Origin: Betaproteobacteria bacterium
GTDB lineage: Bacteria > Pseudomonadota > Gammaproteobacteria > Burkholderiales > SG8-39
DNA length: 64,000 bases
NCBI GenBank assembly: GCA_004297625.1
Contig: SCTY01000004.1
Span: forward strand, 2,697-66,696
Direction of reading: 5' to 3'
Numbering within the stretch: position 1 is the stretch's first letter; every line of letters begins with the position of its first letter. This document shows, piece by piece, positions 49,298 through 58,896 of the stretch. Below the pieces are notes generated by a model, which saw nothing but the letters and a program-made list of their open reading frames with translations, did no database searches and was not told the DNA's origin. A program made the position numbers and the translations under genes.

Positions 49298-50092
49298 TCA
49301 GGGTCTGCGCGGGCGGGCGAGCACCAGCCCCAGAACGGCGAGCGCCACGTTCATGAGCACGAGCATGACCGAGATCGCCGCCAGAATCGGAGTCATTTCG
49401 TAGAAGATGCCGTCGAGCATCCGTTTGGGGAGAGTGACCGCCTGCGTCCCGCTCAGGAACATCGCGATCACCACCTCGTCGAACGACACCAGAAAGGCAA
49501 ACACCGCGCCTGCGGCGATACCCCGCCAGATAAGCGGGATCGTGACCTGGGCAAGGGTCGCCGCAGGTCCGGCGCCGAGGCTCATGGCCGCTTCTTCGAG
49601 CGCCCGCGGCAGGGCTGCAACCGCGGCCGACACGTTCAGGATCACGAAGGGGGTCGTGAGCACCGCGTGCGCGAGAATCAGCCCGAAAGGGGAACCGACC
49701 AGCCGGAGCGAGGCGTAGACGCCGTAGATCGCGATCGCGACCACTACCGTCGGCAGCAGAATCGGGCTCAGAAGGATCAGGCTGCAGACGTTGCGTACCG
49801 CCTCGCTCGCCCGCGCCAGGCCGACGGCGGCCAGCGTACCGACGAGCGTGGCGATGCCGGCGGCGCCGACCGCGACCTTGAAGCTCAGCAGTGTCGAGGC
49901 CATCCACTCGCGCCCGGAGAAGTATTCGGAGTACCAGCGCAGCGAGATGCTGCTTGGCGGGAACCGCAGCAGCGACCCCTGCTCCAGTGAGAGCGGGAAC
50001 ATCATCAGGATGGGCAGCATCAGGTAGACGAACCCCGCCGCCGCGATGACTCGGAATGCCACGCCTATCCAGCCGTGCTCAGCCGACCACAC
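49298..50092 (-). CDS. ABC transporter permease (PotC-like)
   Basis: 264 aa, six TM helices. EAAMSLGAGPAATLAQVTIPL is an EAA loop. Confidence 0.85.
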   Translation of the reverse strand: MWSAEHGWIGVAFRVIAAAGFVYLMLPILMMFPLSLEQGSLLRFPPSSISLRWYSEYFSGREWMASTLLSFKVAVGAAGIATLVGTLAAVGLARASEAVRNVCSLILLSPILLPTVVVAIAIYGVYASLRLVGSPFGLILAHAVLTTPFVILNVSAAVAALPRALEEAAMSLGAGPAATLAQVTIPLIWRGIAAGAVFAFLVSFDEVVIAMFLSGTQAVTLPKRMLDGIFYEMTPILAAISVMLVLMNVALAVLGLVLARPRRP

Positions 50093-50957
50093 GTTCGCCG
50101 CCGAACGTTCGCGCTGCCGTGACGCGACGATACGCCGCCACGAGAGCGGCGACGATGACGAGGAGGATCATCGAGGCCGCGGCGGCCAGAGGCCAATTGA
50201 CGAATTCCTGAATCTGCTGCTCGATGAATGTCGCCGCCAGAAGCACCCGGCCGCCGCCGAGCAGGGCCGGCGTGATGAAGAAGCCGACCGCCGTCGTGAA
50301 CACGAGCAGCGATCCCGCATAAACGCCCGTCAGGCTGAGCGGAAGCGTGACCGCCCAGAAGACGCGCGAAGGACTCGCCCCGAGGCTCCCGGCGGCCTCT
50401 CTCAACGCGCGGTCCTGGGAATGGATGGCCACGAAGATCGGGAGCACCATGAATGGCAGGAGCGTATTCGTCATGCCGATCACGACCCCGACCTCGTTGT
50501 AAAGGAGCTCGGCGGGTTTTCCCCCTGGCAACAAGACCCCGGCCGCGACGCTGAGCACGCCGCCCTTTCGCAGCAGATACACCCATGCGTAGTTGCGCAC
50601 CAGAACGCTGGTCCAGAAGGGCAGCAGCACCAGCAGAGACAGCAGCGCGCGCCGGCGCGCGGAGGAGAACGCCAGCACGTAGGCGATCGGATAGCCGAGA
50701 ATCACGCAGCCGGCGACCACCAGCGCGCTGAGGCGGAAAGTGCGCAGCAGGATCGCCGAATAGGACCACTGGTCGAGCAGCGCCGCATAGGCCGCAAGGG
50801 ACAGGCCCTTTTCGCCGAAGCTGACGGCGGCGAGGCGGCCGACCGGGATCAGGTAGAGAACGCCGACCAAGGCCAAGGCCGGCAGGAGCAAAAGCACGCC
50901 GGCCCGCAGCGGCGGGAAGCGGACGACGGCCGCGGCGTCGCGGGCGATGCGCTTCAT
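50079..50957 (-). CDS. ABC transporter permease (PotB-like)
   Basis: EAAGSLGASPSRVFWAVTLPL is an EAA loop. The start at MKRIARD overlaps the ATPase stop by 4 nt. Confidence 0.85.
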   Translation of the reverse strand: MKRIARDAAAVVRFPPLRAGVLLLLPALALVGVLYLIPVGRLAAVSFGEKGLSLAAYAALLDQWSYSAILLRTFRLSALVVAGCVILGYPIAYVLAFSSARRRALLSLLVLLPFWTSVLVRNYAWVYLLRKGGVLSVAAGVLLPGGKPAELLYNEVGVVIGMTNTLLPFMVLPIFVAIHSQDRALREAAGSLGASPSRVFWAVTLPLSLTGVYAGSLLVFTTAVGFFITPALLGGGRVLLAATFIEQQIQEFVNWPLAAAASMILLVIVAALVAAYRRVTAARTFGGERVVG

Positions 50958-52090
50958 CGAAGTACCACCGTATCCTCGATGGCCCACGAAAGAAGCACGT
51001 CTGCTCCGGGGCGCACGTGCGCCGCGCCCGCACGGTTCGGCTCGCGCACGATCACCTCATGACCCGCAGCCGAGACGATGTACTCGATCGAGTCGCCCAG
51101 GAAGATCGCATCCAGAACTCGGCCGCGCAGCGTGTTGAAGCGCCGGGAATCGGGTTCGGCGCGATCGATGCGCAATTTCTCCGGGCGCACGAGCAGCGTC
51201 GCGGACTCGGGTGCGCTGCCCTGCCACGGGCAGTGGACGATGCTGCCATCATTCAGCAGCATCTCTCCCTCGGCCGGCGGCGATGGCACAATGCTGCCCC
51301 GGAATAGGTTCGAGTCCCCAACGAACGCCGCCACGAACTCGGTTTGCGGTTTCTCGTAAAGCGTGCGGGGCGGGCCGATCTGCTCCAGTTTTCCGTGGTT
51401 CATGACGGCCACCAGATCGGACATCACGAACGCTTCGGTCTGGTCGTGCGTGACATAAACCGTCGTGATCCTGAGCCGCTTCTGCAGCTGCCTGATCTCC
51501 TGCTGCATGCGCTCGCGGAGCCGTTTGTCGAGGGCCGCCAGAGGTTCGTCCATCACCAGGATCCGCGGCTTGAATACGAGCGCACGGGCGAGCGCCACGC
51601 GCTGCTGCTGGCCGCCGCTCAACTGGCCGGGGTGGCGCTCGCCGTAGCCGGGCAATCCGACCATGTCGAGCGCCTCTTCGACGCGCTGCCTGCGAGCCGG
51701 TTTCGGAACGCGGCGCTGTTTGAGCGCAAAGCCGATGTTCTCGGCCACCGTTATGTGCGGAAACAGCGCATAGCGCTGGAATACGACCCCGATGTCGCGC
51801 CGGTAGGGAGGCAGCCGGCTGATCTCGCTTCCGTCGACCATGATGCTGCCGCGGTCGGGCAGCTCGAACCCGCCGAGCAGCCGCAGAACGGTCGTCTTTC
51901 CGGAACCGCTCGGCCCGAGCAGGCTCATGAACGCTCCGGCCGGCACCGCAAACCACACGTCGTCCACCGCGGTGATGCCCTCGAAGCGCTTGACCAGGTT
52001 GCGCACTTCGAGCGCGGGACCCGCGGCGCCGGCCGCTGACCCCGAGTCCGAGCACGCTCGACGCCCGCTCAGGCGATCAGGCGCTTCCAT
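50954..52090 (-). CDS. ABC transporter ATP-binding protein (PotA-like)
   Basis: LLGPSGSGKTT, LSGGQQQRVALARAL, ILVMDEPLAALD. The ORF track fuses it to an out-of-frame read-through of the upstream gene. I chose the start at MEAPDRL (52090), which is uncertain. Confidence 0.85.
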   Translation of the reverse strand: MEAPDRLSGRRACSDSGSAAGAAGPALEVRNLVKRFEGITAVDDVWFAVPAGAFMSLLGPSGSGKTTVLRLLGGFELPDRGSIMVDGSEISRLPPYRRDIGVVFQRYALFPHITVAENIGFALKQRRVPKPARRQRVEEALDMVGLPGYGERHPGQLSGGQQQRVALARALVFKPRILVMDEPLAALDKRLRERMQQEIRQLQKRLRITTVYVTHDQTEAFVMSDLVAVMNHGKLEQIGPPRTLYEKPQTEFVAAFVGDSNLFRGSIVPSPPAEGEMLLNDGSIVHCPWQGSAPESATLLVRPEKLRIDRAEPDSRRFNTLRGRVLDAIFLGDSIEYIVSAAGHEVIVREPNRAGAAHVRPGADVLLSWAIEDTVVLR

Positions 52091-53049
52091 CGCTCCTCGA
52101 CGTTGGACCGGTCGAGATACCAATCCCAGTCCGGAAACGACAGATCCGCATCGGTCAGCCGCCCGCCGTAGATGCGCGGAAGCAAACGCTCGTCGAGTTT
52201 TACTTTGCGGTTGGTCGGATGCCCGAAGAAGCTCTCCGCGAGGTCTTTCTGCGGGCCTGGCCCCTGGACGAAGTTGATGAACTCGCGCGCGAGCTCGGCG
52301 TTCCTGGAGCCCTCGACTATGGTCCAGCTCCGGTAGGCCCAGACCGGGCCCTCCGACGGAAAGACCACTTCGATCTCGACGCCGCGGTCCTTCTGGATCT
52401 GGGCAACGTCGATGAATTGCTGGCTCACCGCTGCGTGCCTGGAGGCGATGATCTCCTGCACGTGCCCTTCGGAGCTGGCCCAGAGCCCTGCCTGAGCGAC
52501 CAGCGCGGTGAGCTTCGTCCAGGCGCGCTCGAATGTCTTTTCGTCCCGCAGCCGCTCCGTTCCGATCCCGAGCACCTTGCACGTGATTGCCATGAGCTGT
52601 CCCGGCGCGATCTGGTCCCGCAATGCGATCTTGCCCTTGAGCTCGGGCGCCCAGAGGTCGGCCCAGCTCGTGATCGGGCGAGGCACCATGCCGGGCACGT
52701 AGACCGGGACCATGCCGTACACGAACACCCCTACGCCGAACGCAGAGGGATCGAGATAGCGTGGGTGCATGTCGGCCAGGTTGGGCATCCTCGCGTAGTC
52801 GAGCTTCATGCACATGCCCGCGCGCTTGGCCTTGCGGAAAAGGTGCTGCGGCCATTCGACGACGTCGTAGCTGTGCCGTCCCGTCTTGATGTCCTCTTGC
52901 ACGTCTTCGAGGAAGTGCTCGGATCGCGCCGGGGTATCGACCGTCACGCCGAAGGCCTTCGCAAACGGCTCCGTCAGGCAGCGCCGGAATATCTCGGTCG
53001 CAATCCCCGGCTGCAACGGCACCGAGAGGCGGTCCCTTGAGTGGGCCAC
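52069..53049 (-). CDS. solute-binding-protein (family 1, PotD/PotF-like) homologue lacking a signal peptide
   Basis: Paralogue of 53100..54179, but it begins at the mature domain (LSVPLQPGIATEIFRRCLTEPFAKAFGVTVD versus VVISSWGGAIQQAMRKAFFDPFTQESGIEV). The GTG start has AAGGAGG exactly 7 nt upstream. Confidence 0.7.
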   Translation of the reverse strand: MAHSRDRLSVPLQPGIATEIFRRCLTEPFAKAFGVTVDTPARSEHFLEDVQEDIKTGRHSYDVVEWPQHLFRKAKRAGMCMKLDYARMPNLADMHPRYLDPSAFGVGVFVYGMVPVYVPGMVPRPITSWADLWAPELKGKIALRDQIAPGQLMAITCKVLGIGTERLRDEKTFERAWTKLTALVAQAGLWASSEGHVQEIIASRHAAVSQQFIDVAQIQKDRGVEIEVVFPSEGPVWAYRSWTIVEGSRNAELAREFINFVQGPGPQKDLAESFFGHPTNRKVKLDERLLPRIYGGRLTDADLSFPDWDWYLDRSNVEERWKRLIA

Positions 53050-53099
53050 TGTTCATCCTCCTTATTGTCTTGAGCGATGGTCTTCTTCACTCGCTGCAA

Positions 53100-54179
53100 T
53101 CACCCGGAGACGAACTGATTCCAGCGCGGGCCGAGCTTGGCGAGGTTTTCGCCCCACCATCTACCGTCCAGGACGATCTGCTTCGCGAAATTTGCCGGGT
53201 ACGTCGGCAGCCGCACCAGGGTCTTCTGGTCCTTGATCAGATCGAGTGCCTTGGTATTGGTAGGCCCGTAATAGACGATCTTGGCGAATTCCGCCTGCGG
53301 TTCGGGTCGCGCCACGAACGAGAGGAACTTGAGCGCGTTGTCCCGGTTCGGGGCGCCCTTGGCGAGCACCCATACCAGGAAGTTCATCACCGCGCCGTTC
53401 CAGACGAACTCAAGCGGCGCGCCCTGGTCCTGATGGAAGTAAAGCCGGCCGTTGAAGAACTCGGCCATGTCGACTTCCTTGTCGACCAGCAGCTGCTCGC
53501 CTTGCGAACCGGTCTGGTACCAGATGTTGATCGCCGGCTTGATTTCGGCGAGCTTCTTGAACGCGCGGTCGATCTTTGCGTCGCTCAGCGGATAGACGTC
53601 CTTGGGGGCGACCCCGTCCGCCATGAGTGCGTACTCAAGATGGCGCGCGACCAATGGCCCGAACATCGCACGCCGTCCCTTGAATCCCTTCGTGTCCCAG
53701 AAATCCCGCCAATCGCGAGGCGCGCGCGTGGCCTGCCTGTTGTAGGAGATCCCCCAAGCCGCCGTCCCGTAGCCGAACGCGTATTCGTCGAGTGCGCCGG
53801 CCATGAAATCGGAGCGGCTCAGGCTCGGCAACTCGATCTTGTCCAGCAGCCCCTGGCCGCGGCCGATCACGGACCAGAACGGCGGTCCGTCGAGTAGGTC
53901 GACCTGCGCGCCGCCCTCGCCGAGCTGAGCCTTTACGCGGGCGAGGCCCTGCCCGCCGTAGGTCTGCTCGATGACTTCAATGCCGCTTTCTTGCGTGAAG
54001 GGGTCGAAGAAGGCCTTGCGCATGGCCTGTTGAATGGCTCCGCCCCAACTGCTGATCACCACGCGGCCGCGGCCTTGCGCGCGCGCCGCCCGGATGATGC
54101 CGGACGAAGGTAGTAGCGCACCCGTGCCGGCGGCAAGTGCTGATTTGAGTAGGGCGCGTCGCGTCAGTTTTCCGGGCAC
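53100..54179 (-). CDS. periplasmic solute-binding protein (family 1, PotD/PotF-like)
   Basis: Leader LTRRALLKSALAAGTGALLPSSGIIRAARA, and the length and pattern of a polyamine-type binding protein. Confidence 0.85.
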   Translation of the reverse strand: MPGKLTRRALLKSALAAGTGALLPSSGIIRAARAQGRGRVVISSWGGAIQQAMRKAFFDPFTQESGIEVIEQTYGGQGLARVKAQLGEGGAQVDLLDGPPFWSVIGRGQGLLDKIELPSLSRSDFMAGALDEYAFGYGTAAWGISYNRQATRAPRDWRDFWDTKGFKGRRAMFGPLVARHLEYALMADGVAPKDVYPLSDAKIDRAFKKLAEIKPAINIWYQTGSQGEQLLVDKEVDMAEFFNGRLYFHQDQGAPLEFVWNGAVMNFLVWVLAKGAPNRDNALKFLSFVARPEPQAEFAKIVYYGPTNTKALDLIKDQKTLVRLPTYPANFAKQIVLDGRWWGENLAKLGPRWNQFVSG

Positions 54180-54426
54180 GGTTCATCTCCTTGAGGGTAA
54201 AGGCCGATCCCTGTTCCACGCTTCGGTGGAACGGGTTCGTGGCGAGAGTCACGTGACGCCGTCGATTCATGCGGTGCGAGCGCATCGACCCGCGAGTCGC
54301 GCAACTCGAACCTGCGGCCATCGATCGGTATTTGAGGGCTCCCGGTTGATTTGATGGTAGATCTGGTGTTGCTGCCGAACAAATGATAGTTTTTGGCATC
54401 AAGCATCAACGTTTTGGATCCTGCAA

Positions 54427-55323
54427 TTGGACATCCGCCAAATCGAGACTTTCGTGTGGATCGCGAGGCTGGGCAGCATTGCTGAAGCGTGCAAACGGCT
54501 GAATGCGACCCAGTCGACGCTGTCCATGCGGCTCAAGACGCTGGAGGAGTCGCTGAACGTCTCCCTGTTCGACCGGGCTCACAAGCGGCTTACCCTGACG
54601 GCGAAGGGTCGCGATCTGGCGCGCTACGCGGAGAAGATTCTCGAATTGATCGAGCAGGTGCGGTTCTACGTGGCCGACCCGAAGGCCGCGTTCGGCACGG
54701 TGCGGGTCGGCGCCACCGAGCTGATCGCGCTGACATGGGCGCCCGATCTGATCCGCAGAATCAACGCGCAGTTCCCCCAGGTGCTGTTCGACCTCGAGGT
54801 CGGACTGACCCTCTCTCTGATGGATGGCCTCGCGGACGGCAAGCTGGACGCGGTCCTGGTTCCCACGCTCCACAAGCCGGTAACGCCCCTGACGGGAGTT
54901 TCTCTGGGTACCGTGACGTTCTCGTGGATGGCCAGCCCGGCGCTGGGGCTCGGCGGGAAGAGAGTGACGCCGGGGGATCTGCAGGAGCTTGCCATCATCG
55001 GTGCGAGCGCCCAGTCAATTTTCCACTCCCTTGTCGACCAGTGGTTTACCGACCATGGAGCCGCGATCCAGAGGCTCAACGTCTGCAACAGTCTTACGGC
55101 GAGTATCTCCATGACGGTTGCAGGAGTGGGGGTCAGCCTTCTCCCCGATCAGTTTTGCATTCCGTACGTCAAGAGGCGCCAACTCGAAATCCTGCGCGCG
55201 AACCGTCGCTTCGATCTCGAGTTTTATGCGATTTACAGCGCTCGAGGCGAGCGACCTTTGCCCAGGCTCGTCGCGGAGCTGGCTCAGTCGATCTCCACGT
55301 TTCCCCGAGTGCAGGTGAAATGA
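54427..55323 (+). CDS. LysR-family transcriptional regulator (TTG start)
   Basis: MDIRQIETFVWIARLGSIAEACKRLNATQSTLSMRLKTLEESL. It is divergent from the binding-protein/ABC/agmatinase operon. Confidence 0.9.
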   Translation: MDIRQIETFVWIARLGSIAEACKRLNATQSTLSMRLKTLEESLNVSLFDRAHKRLTLTAKGRDLARYAEKILELIEQVRFYVADPKAAFGTVRVGATELIALTWAPDLIRRINAQFPQVLFDLEVGLTLSLMDGLADGKLDAVLVPTLHKPVTPLTGVSLGTVTFSWMASPALGLGGKRVTPGDLQELAIIGASAQSIFHSLVDQWFTDHGAAIQRLNVCNSLTASISMTVAGVGVSLLPDQFCIPYVKRRQLEILRANRRFDLEFYAIYSARGERPLPRLVAELAQSISTFPRVQVK

Positions 55324-55486
55324 GGGAGCTTTTCATCTTCAGGTCGAGTGGAAACCTCAAGTTAAACAAAAGGAGTGGCGACTTGCCTACGTCTATAGAC
55401 CGGTCGTGACATGAGCGAATCGCTGCCGCGCTCAAGTATGTGCTCTTGCCAGTGCGGATGGTGTTTCAGGAAGCTGGGCGTGAGCG

Positions 55487-56299
55487 CTAATGCGGCGCCG
55501 CGTCGCGTGTTTGCTGTTCCTGCGCGGCGTATTCCCGCATCACCAGGTCGCGCACCCGGGAGCGCAGCCCCAGGAACTCGGCGTTCTCGTGCAGCTGTTC
55601 CGTTCTCGGATAGGGAAAGGGCACTTCGACGATGCAGCGCACGCGCGAGGGGCGGGCCGAGACGACCACCACCCGCGACGACAGGTAGATCGCCTCCTCT
55701 ACCGAGTGAGTGATCAGCATCACGGTCTTGCCCTCTTTCTGAAGGACTTCGAGCAACAGATCCTGCATGGCGGTGCGGGTCTGGGCGTCAAGCGCGCCGA
55801 ACGGTTCATCCATCAGCAGGAACTGCGGCGCCACCGCGTAGGCGCGCGCCAGCGCAAGCCGTTGCCGCATTCCGCCCGAAAGCGTCTTGGGATACGCGTT
55901 GCGGAACTCGTACAGTCCCATCAACCTCATGTAGCGCTCGCAGACCTCCGCGCGTTTCTCCCTGGATCGAGGGTTTGACCGCAGGTTAAGCCCGAACTCG
56001 ATATTCTTTTCGACGGTCAACCATGGGAATACCCCGTATTCCTGAAAGATGACTCCGCGGTCGGAGCCCGGCCCCAAAATCGGGATACCGTCCAGCGTGA
56101 CGGATCCGCGGGAAGGTTTGATGAACCCGGCGACGATGTTGAGCATCGTCGTCTTGCCGCAACCGGAAGGCCCCACCAGTGAAACGAACTCGCCGTCGCG
56201 TACGCTGAACGAAACATCCTCGACCACCGGAAGCATGTCTGTGGGCGTCGGAAAGGTGACGGACACATGGTCGAATACGATGCGGTCCGGGCTGATCAT
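55487..56299 (-). CDS. ABC transporter ATP-binding protein (NitT/TauT family, SsuB/TauB-like)
   Basis: LVGPSGCGKTTMLN, LSGGMRQRLALARA, LLMDEPFGALD. The start at MISPDRIV overlaps the permease stop by 4 nt. Confidence 0.88.
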   Translation of the reverse strand: MISPDRIVFDHVSVTFPTPTDMLPVVEDVSFSVRDGEFVSLVGPSGCGKTTMLNIVAGFIKPSRGSVTLDGIPILGPGSDRGVIFQEYGVFPWLTVEKNIEFGLNLRSNPRSREKRAEVCERYMRLMGLYEFRNAYPKTLSGGMRQRLALARAYAVAPQFLLMDEPFGALDAQTRTAMQDLLLEVLQKEGKTVMLITHSVEEAIYLSSRVVVVSARPSRVRCIVEVPFPYPRTEQLHENAEFLGLRSRVRDLVMREYAAQEQQTRDAAPH

Positions 56300-57087
56300 G
56301 CCGCTATCCTGTCTTGCCAGCTCAAGAAGCGTCGCGAAACCTTGCGCAATATCAGGTCCATGATCAAGGCGATCAGCCCGATACATATGATGCCGAGGTA
56401 GATGATGTCGAGCTGGAAAAACGAGGAGGCGTTCTGGATCATCGCCCCGAGGCCATTTTGTGCGGCGATCAACTCCGACGCGACCAGCGTCGCCCAGACG
56501 ACACCGAGCTCCACGCGTACCGCGGTAAGGATGTGCGGCAATGACAGCGGCACGATTACGCGTCGAAAAATCTCGCCATCCGTCGCCCCGAGCGTGCGCG
56601 CGACACGTATGTAAATCGGGCTGATCTGGCTGATGCCCTCGTACATGACGATGACGCCGGAGAAGAACGCGGCGTAGAACAGGATCACGACTTTCGCCGC
56701 CTCGCCGATTCCGAAATACACCACGACCAGCGGTATCAGGGCGATTGGCGGCAGCGCGCGGAAGAAATTGATGAGCGGATCGGCGAAAACATGGACGCTC
56801 CTGTTCCATCCGAGGGCGAACCCCGTCGGCACGGCAAGCAGCGTTCCCAGGACAACGCCTACCAGAACGCGCTTCGTGGATACCAGCATGTCGATCGGAA
56901 GTTTTCCGTTCGACATCAGTTCCCAGAAACGCCTCGCGACCTGCGCTGGAGTGGGAATCAGGCTGGGATTCACGATCCCGGAGTAATGCAGGAGCGTCCA
57001 TGCGGCTATTACGCAGATCCACGGCAGGGCCAGCACGATCAGTTTCTTGAGCGGGTTCGCGTAAGTCATGTCGTTTGCGCGTTGCAC
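56296..57087 (-). CDS. ABC transporter permease (NitT/TauT family, SsuC/TauC-like)
   Basis: 263 aa. RVARTLGATDGEIFRRVIVPLSLP is an EAA-type loop. Confidence 0.85.
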   Translation of the reverse strand: MQRANDMTYANPLKKLIVLALPWICVIAAWTLLHYSGIVNPSLIPTPAQVARRFWELMSNGKLPIDMLVSTKRVLVGVVLGTLLAVPTGFALGWNRSVHVFADPLINFFRALPPIALIPLVVVYFGIGEAAKVVILFYAAFFSGVIVMYEGISQISPIYIRVARTLGATDGEIFRRVIVPLSLPHILTAVRVELGVVWATLVASELIAAQNGLGAMIQNASSFFQLDIIYLGIICIGLIALIMDLILRKVSRRFLSWQDRIAA

Positions 57088-57182
57088 GACGTTGAGCGTC
57101 CGCGGGATCTTTTGGTCCGCAGCCGGAGTCGCATCGCGTCATCCTGCTCCATCAGCGATTGACATATCGATTCTCGTATTCT

Positions 57183-57198
57183 ATGGTAGCGCTACCAT
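57183..57198. promoter_or_regulatory. perfect 16-bp palindrome ATGGTAGCGCTACCAT (LacI-type operator), copy 2
   Basis: Lies 20 nt upstream of the aldehyde dehydrogenase ATG, in the divergent region shared with the ABC permease operon. The 5' flank TAT(T/C)CT is also shared with copy 1. Confidence 0.75.
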
Positions 57199-57217
57199 AT
57201 GACGCAAGAAACGGACG

Positions 57218-58648
57218 ATGAGCGAAACGCCCTATCGGTTCGGCCGCGGCGCGAGCCGCTTCGCTACCCGGAATCCGGCGCGGCCGGGCCGGCTGGCCGG
57301 CGACTACGGAGCGGACGATCCCGCTTCGGTGCAGGAGGCGGTGGCGCGCGCCGCCCGCGCCTTCCGCGACTGGCGCGCGCGGCCGGCGGCGCAACGCGCC
57401 GAGCGCGTCGCCGTTTGGCTCGATCGTCTTGCACAACGCGCCGAGGAGATCGCGCGGGCGATCGTGCTCGAGCAGGGCAAGCCGCTGGGCGAAGCGCGGG
57501 GCGAGTTCGCCAAGGCGCTTGCCGAGGCGCGATTCATGGTATCGCAGGCGCTGCATCAAGGTTCGCGCGAGGTCGGCGCGGCGCGCCAAGGCACGCGCAA
57601 TCTGGTGCTGCGCCGCGCACGCGGCGTCGTGGCGGCGCTCACGCCGTGGAACTTCCCGATCCTCACCCCGCTGCGCAAAATCGTCCCTTCTCTCGTGGCC
57701 GGCAATACCGTGGTGCTCAAGCCTTCGGAGCTGACGCCTGCCGCGGCCTGGCTCGCCGCTGACGCCGCCGCCGGCATCCTTCCGGAAGGTGCGCTGGAAA
57801 TTGTTCTCGGCGGTCGCGACGCGGGCGAGGCGTTGATCCGGGCGCCCGGACTCTGCGGCGTCACCTTCACCGGATCGGTTGCCACCGGCCGCGCCATCGG
57901 CGCCATCGCCGGCTCGAACCTGCTCGAGCAGAATTTGGAGCTCGGCGGAAAGAACGGCGTGATTGTAGCCGCCTCCGCGGATCCCGGTAGCGCCGCGGCG
58001 CAAATTGCGCACGCTGCTTTTCTTTGCTCCGGGCAACGCTGCACGGCGATCAGCAGGGCCATCGTGCACGTCTCGCACTGGAACGCTTTCGTCGCGGGAA
58101 TGCAGGCTGCCATCACCGCCGCCAAGCTCGGCGACGGTCTGGACCCCACGACCACGCTGGGGCCGCTCGTTTCGGCCAGCCACCGGGATAGGGTGGCTGC
58201 GATGGTCGATCAAGCCAGCCGCGAAGGCGCGCAACTGATCGCCGGCGGCGGACCCGCCCGTCCTCAGGGCTGCGAGGACGGCTATTTCTTTCAACCGACG
58301 CTGCTCCGGGCGGCGCCGCACATGGTTTGCGCGCGGGAGGAGATCTTCGGGCCGGTCGTGACGCTGCTGCCATACACCGAATGGGACGAGGCCCTCGCCA
58401 TTCTGAACGGCACGGATTATGGGCTCGCCGCTGCACTCTTCTCGCGCGACTCCGCCGAGGTCGAGCGCTTCCTCAACGAAGCCGAGGCCGGCATGCTGTT
58501 CGTCAACCAGGGTACGGTACCCGACAACCACATGCCGTTTGTCGGCACGAAGGTCTCGGGCGTCGGCCCGGGTTCGGTGGGCCCATCGGCGCTGGCGTTT
58601 GCCACTACCGAGCACGCCGTATACCTTTCTACGGGAAATATCGCGTGA
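57218..58648 (+). CDS. NAD(P)-dependent aldehyde dehydrogenase
   Basis: TPWNFPIL, VVLKPSELTP, ELGGKNGVIV, FLCSGQRCTAISR (catalytic Glu and Cys motifs). Confidence 0.9.
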   Translation: MSETPYRFGRGASRFATRNPARPGRLAGDYGADDPASVQEAVARAARAFRDWRARPAAQRAERVAVWLDRLAQRAEEIARAIVLEQGKPLGEARGEFAKALAEARFMVSQALHQGSREVGAARQGTRNLVLRRARGVVAALTPWNFPILTPLRKIVPSLVAGNTVVLKPSELTPAAAWLAADAAAGILPEGALEIVLGGRDAGEALIRAPGLCGVTFTGSVATGRAIGAIAGSNLLEQNLELGGKNGVIVAASADPGSAAAQIAHAAFLCSGQRCTAISRAIVHVSHWNAFVAGMQAAITAAKLGDGLDPTTTLGPLVSASHRDRVAAMVDQASREGAQLIAGGGPARPQGCEDGYFFQPTLLRAAPHMVCAREEIFGPVVTLLPYTEWDEALAILNGTDYGLAAALFSRDSAEVERFLNEAEAGMLFVNQGTVPDNHMPFVGTKVSGVGPGSVGPSALAFATTEHAVYLSTGNIA

Positions 58649-58896
58649 CGCCGCAGGAACGGATCCACGTCGTGGTCGATCCGCGGGACAACGTCACTAC
58701 GGTGTTGGACCAGGGCACGGGCCTTGACCGGCTGCAGGGCGGATTAGAGGTCGCCCTCGGGGTTCCGTTCGGCCACAAGGTGGCGCTGCGGCCGATCGCA
58801 CGCGGCGAACCGGTGATCAAGTATGGCGTGGCGATCGGGCGCGCCACGCACGATATCGCCTCCGGCGCGCACGTCCACGTCCACAACTGTGCCTGA
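58645..58896 (+). CDS. UxaA-family SAF-domain small subunit (SuyA-like)
   Basis: GTGA overlap with the ALDH stop. 83 aa with VPFGHKVALRPIARGEPVIKYGVAIGRATHDIASGAHVHVHN, the N-terminal SAF module of altronate dehydratase-type enzymes. Confidence 0.75.
   Translation: MTPQERIHVVVDPRDNVTTVLDQGTGLDRLQGGLEVALGVPFGHKVALRPIARGEPVIKYGVAIGRATHDIASGAHVHVHNCA

Noticed and set aside
50954-53056. 700-aa ORF suggesting a giant fused ABC protein
   Set aside because: The N-terminal ~320 residues are an out-of-frame read-through of the binding-protein gene 52069..53049 and carry no motifs. The ATG at 53056 abuts the Shine-Dalgarno sequence with zero spacing. The ATPase homology starts only near 52090.
54213-54232. 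Perfect 7-bp hairpin GTTCCAC-gcttcg-GTGGAAC in the 5' region of the binding-protein operon; also TGAT-N10-ATCA near 54383
   Set aside because: Both are short and isolated, and neither matches a defined riboswitch or the LysR T-N11-A register. I noted them only.
57152-58615. 487-aa minus-strand ORF; similarly 60660..61868 (-), 61076..62794 (+), 46819..47859 (-), 19665..20762 (-), 15177..15794 (-)
   Set aside because: All are antisense or out-of-frame shadows of genes with strong family signatures: ALDH, GMC oxidoreductase, amidohydrolase, the SsuA-like SBP, merA and the metallophosphoesterase.
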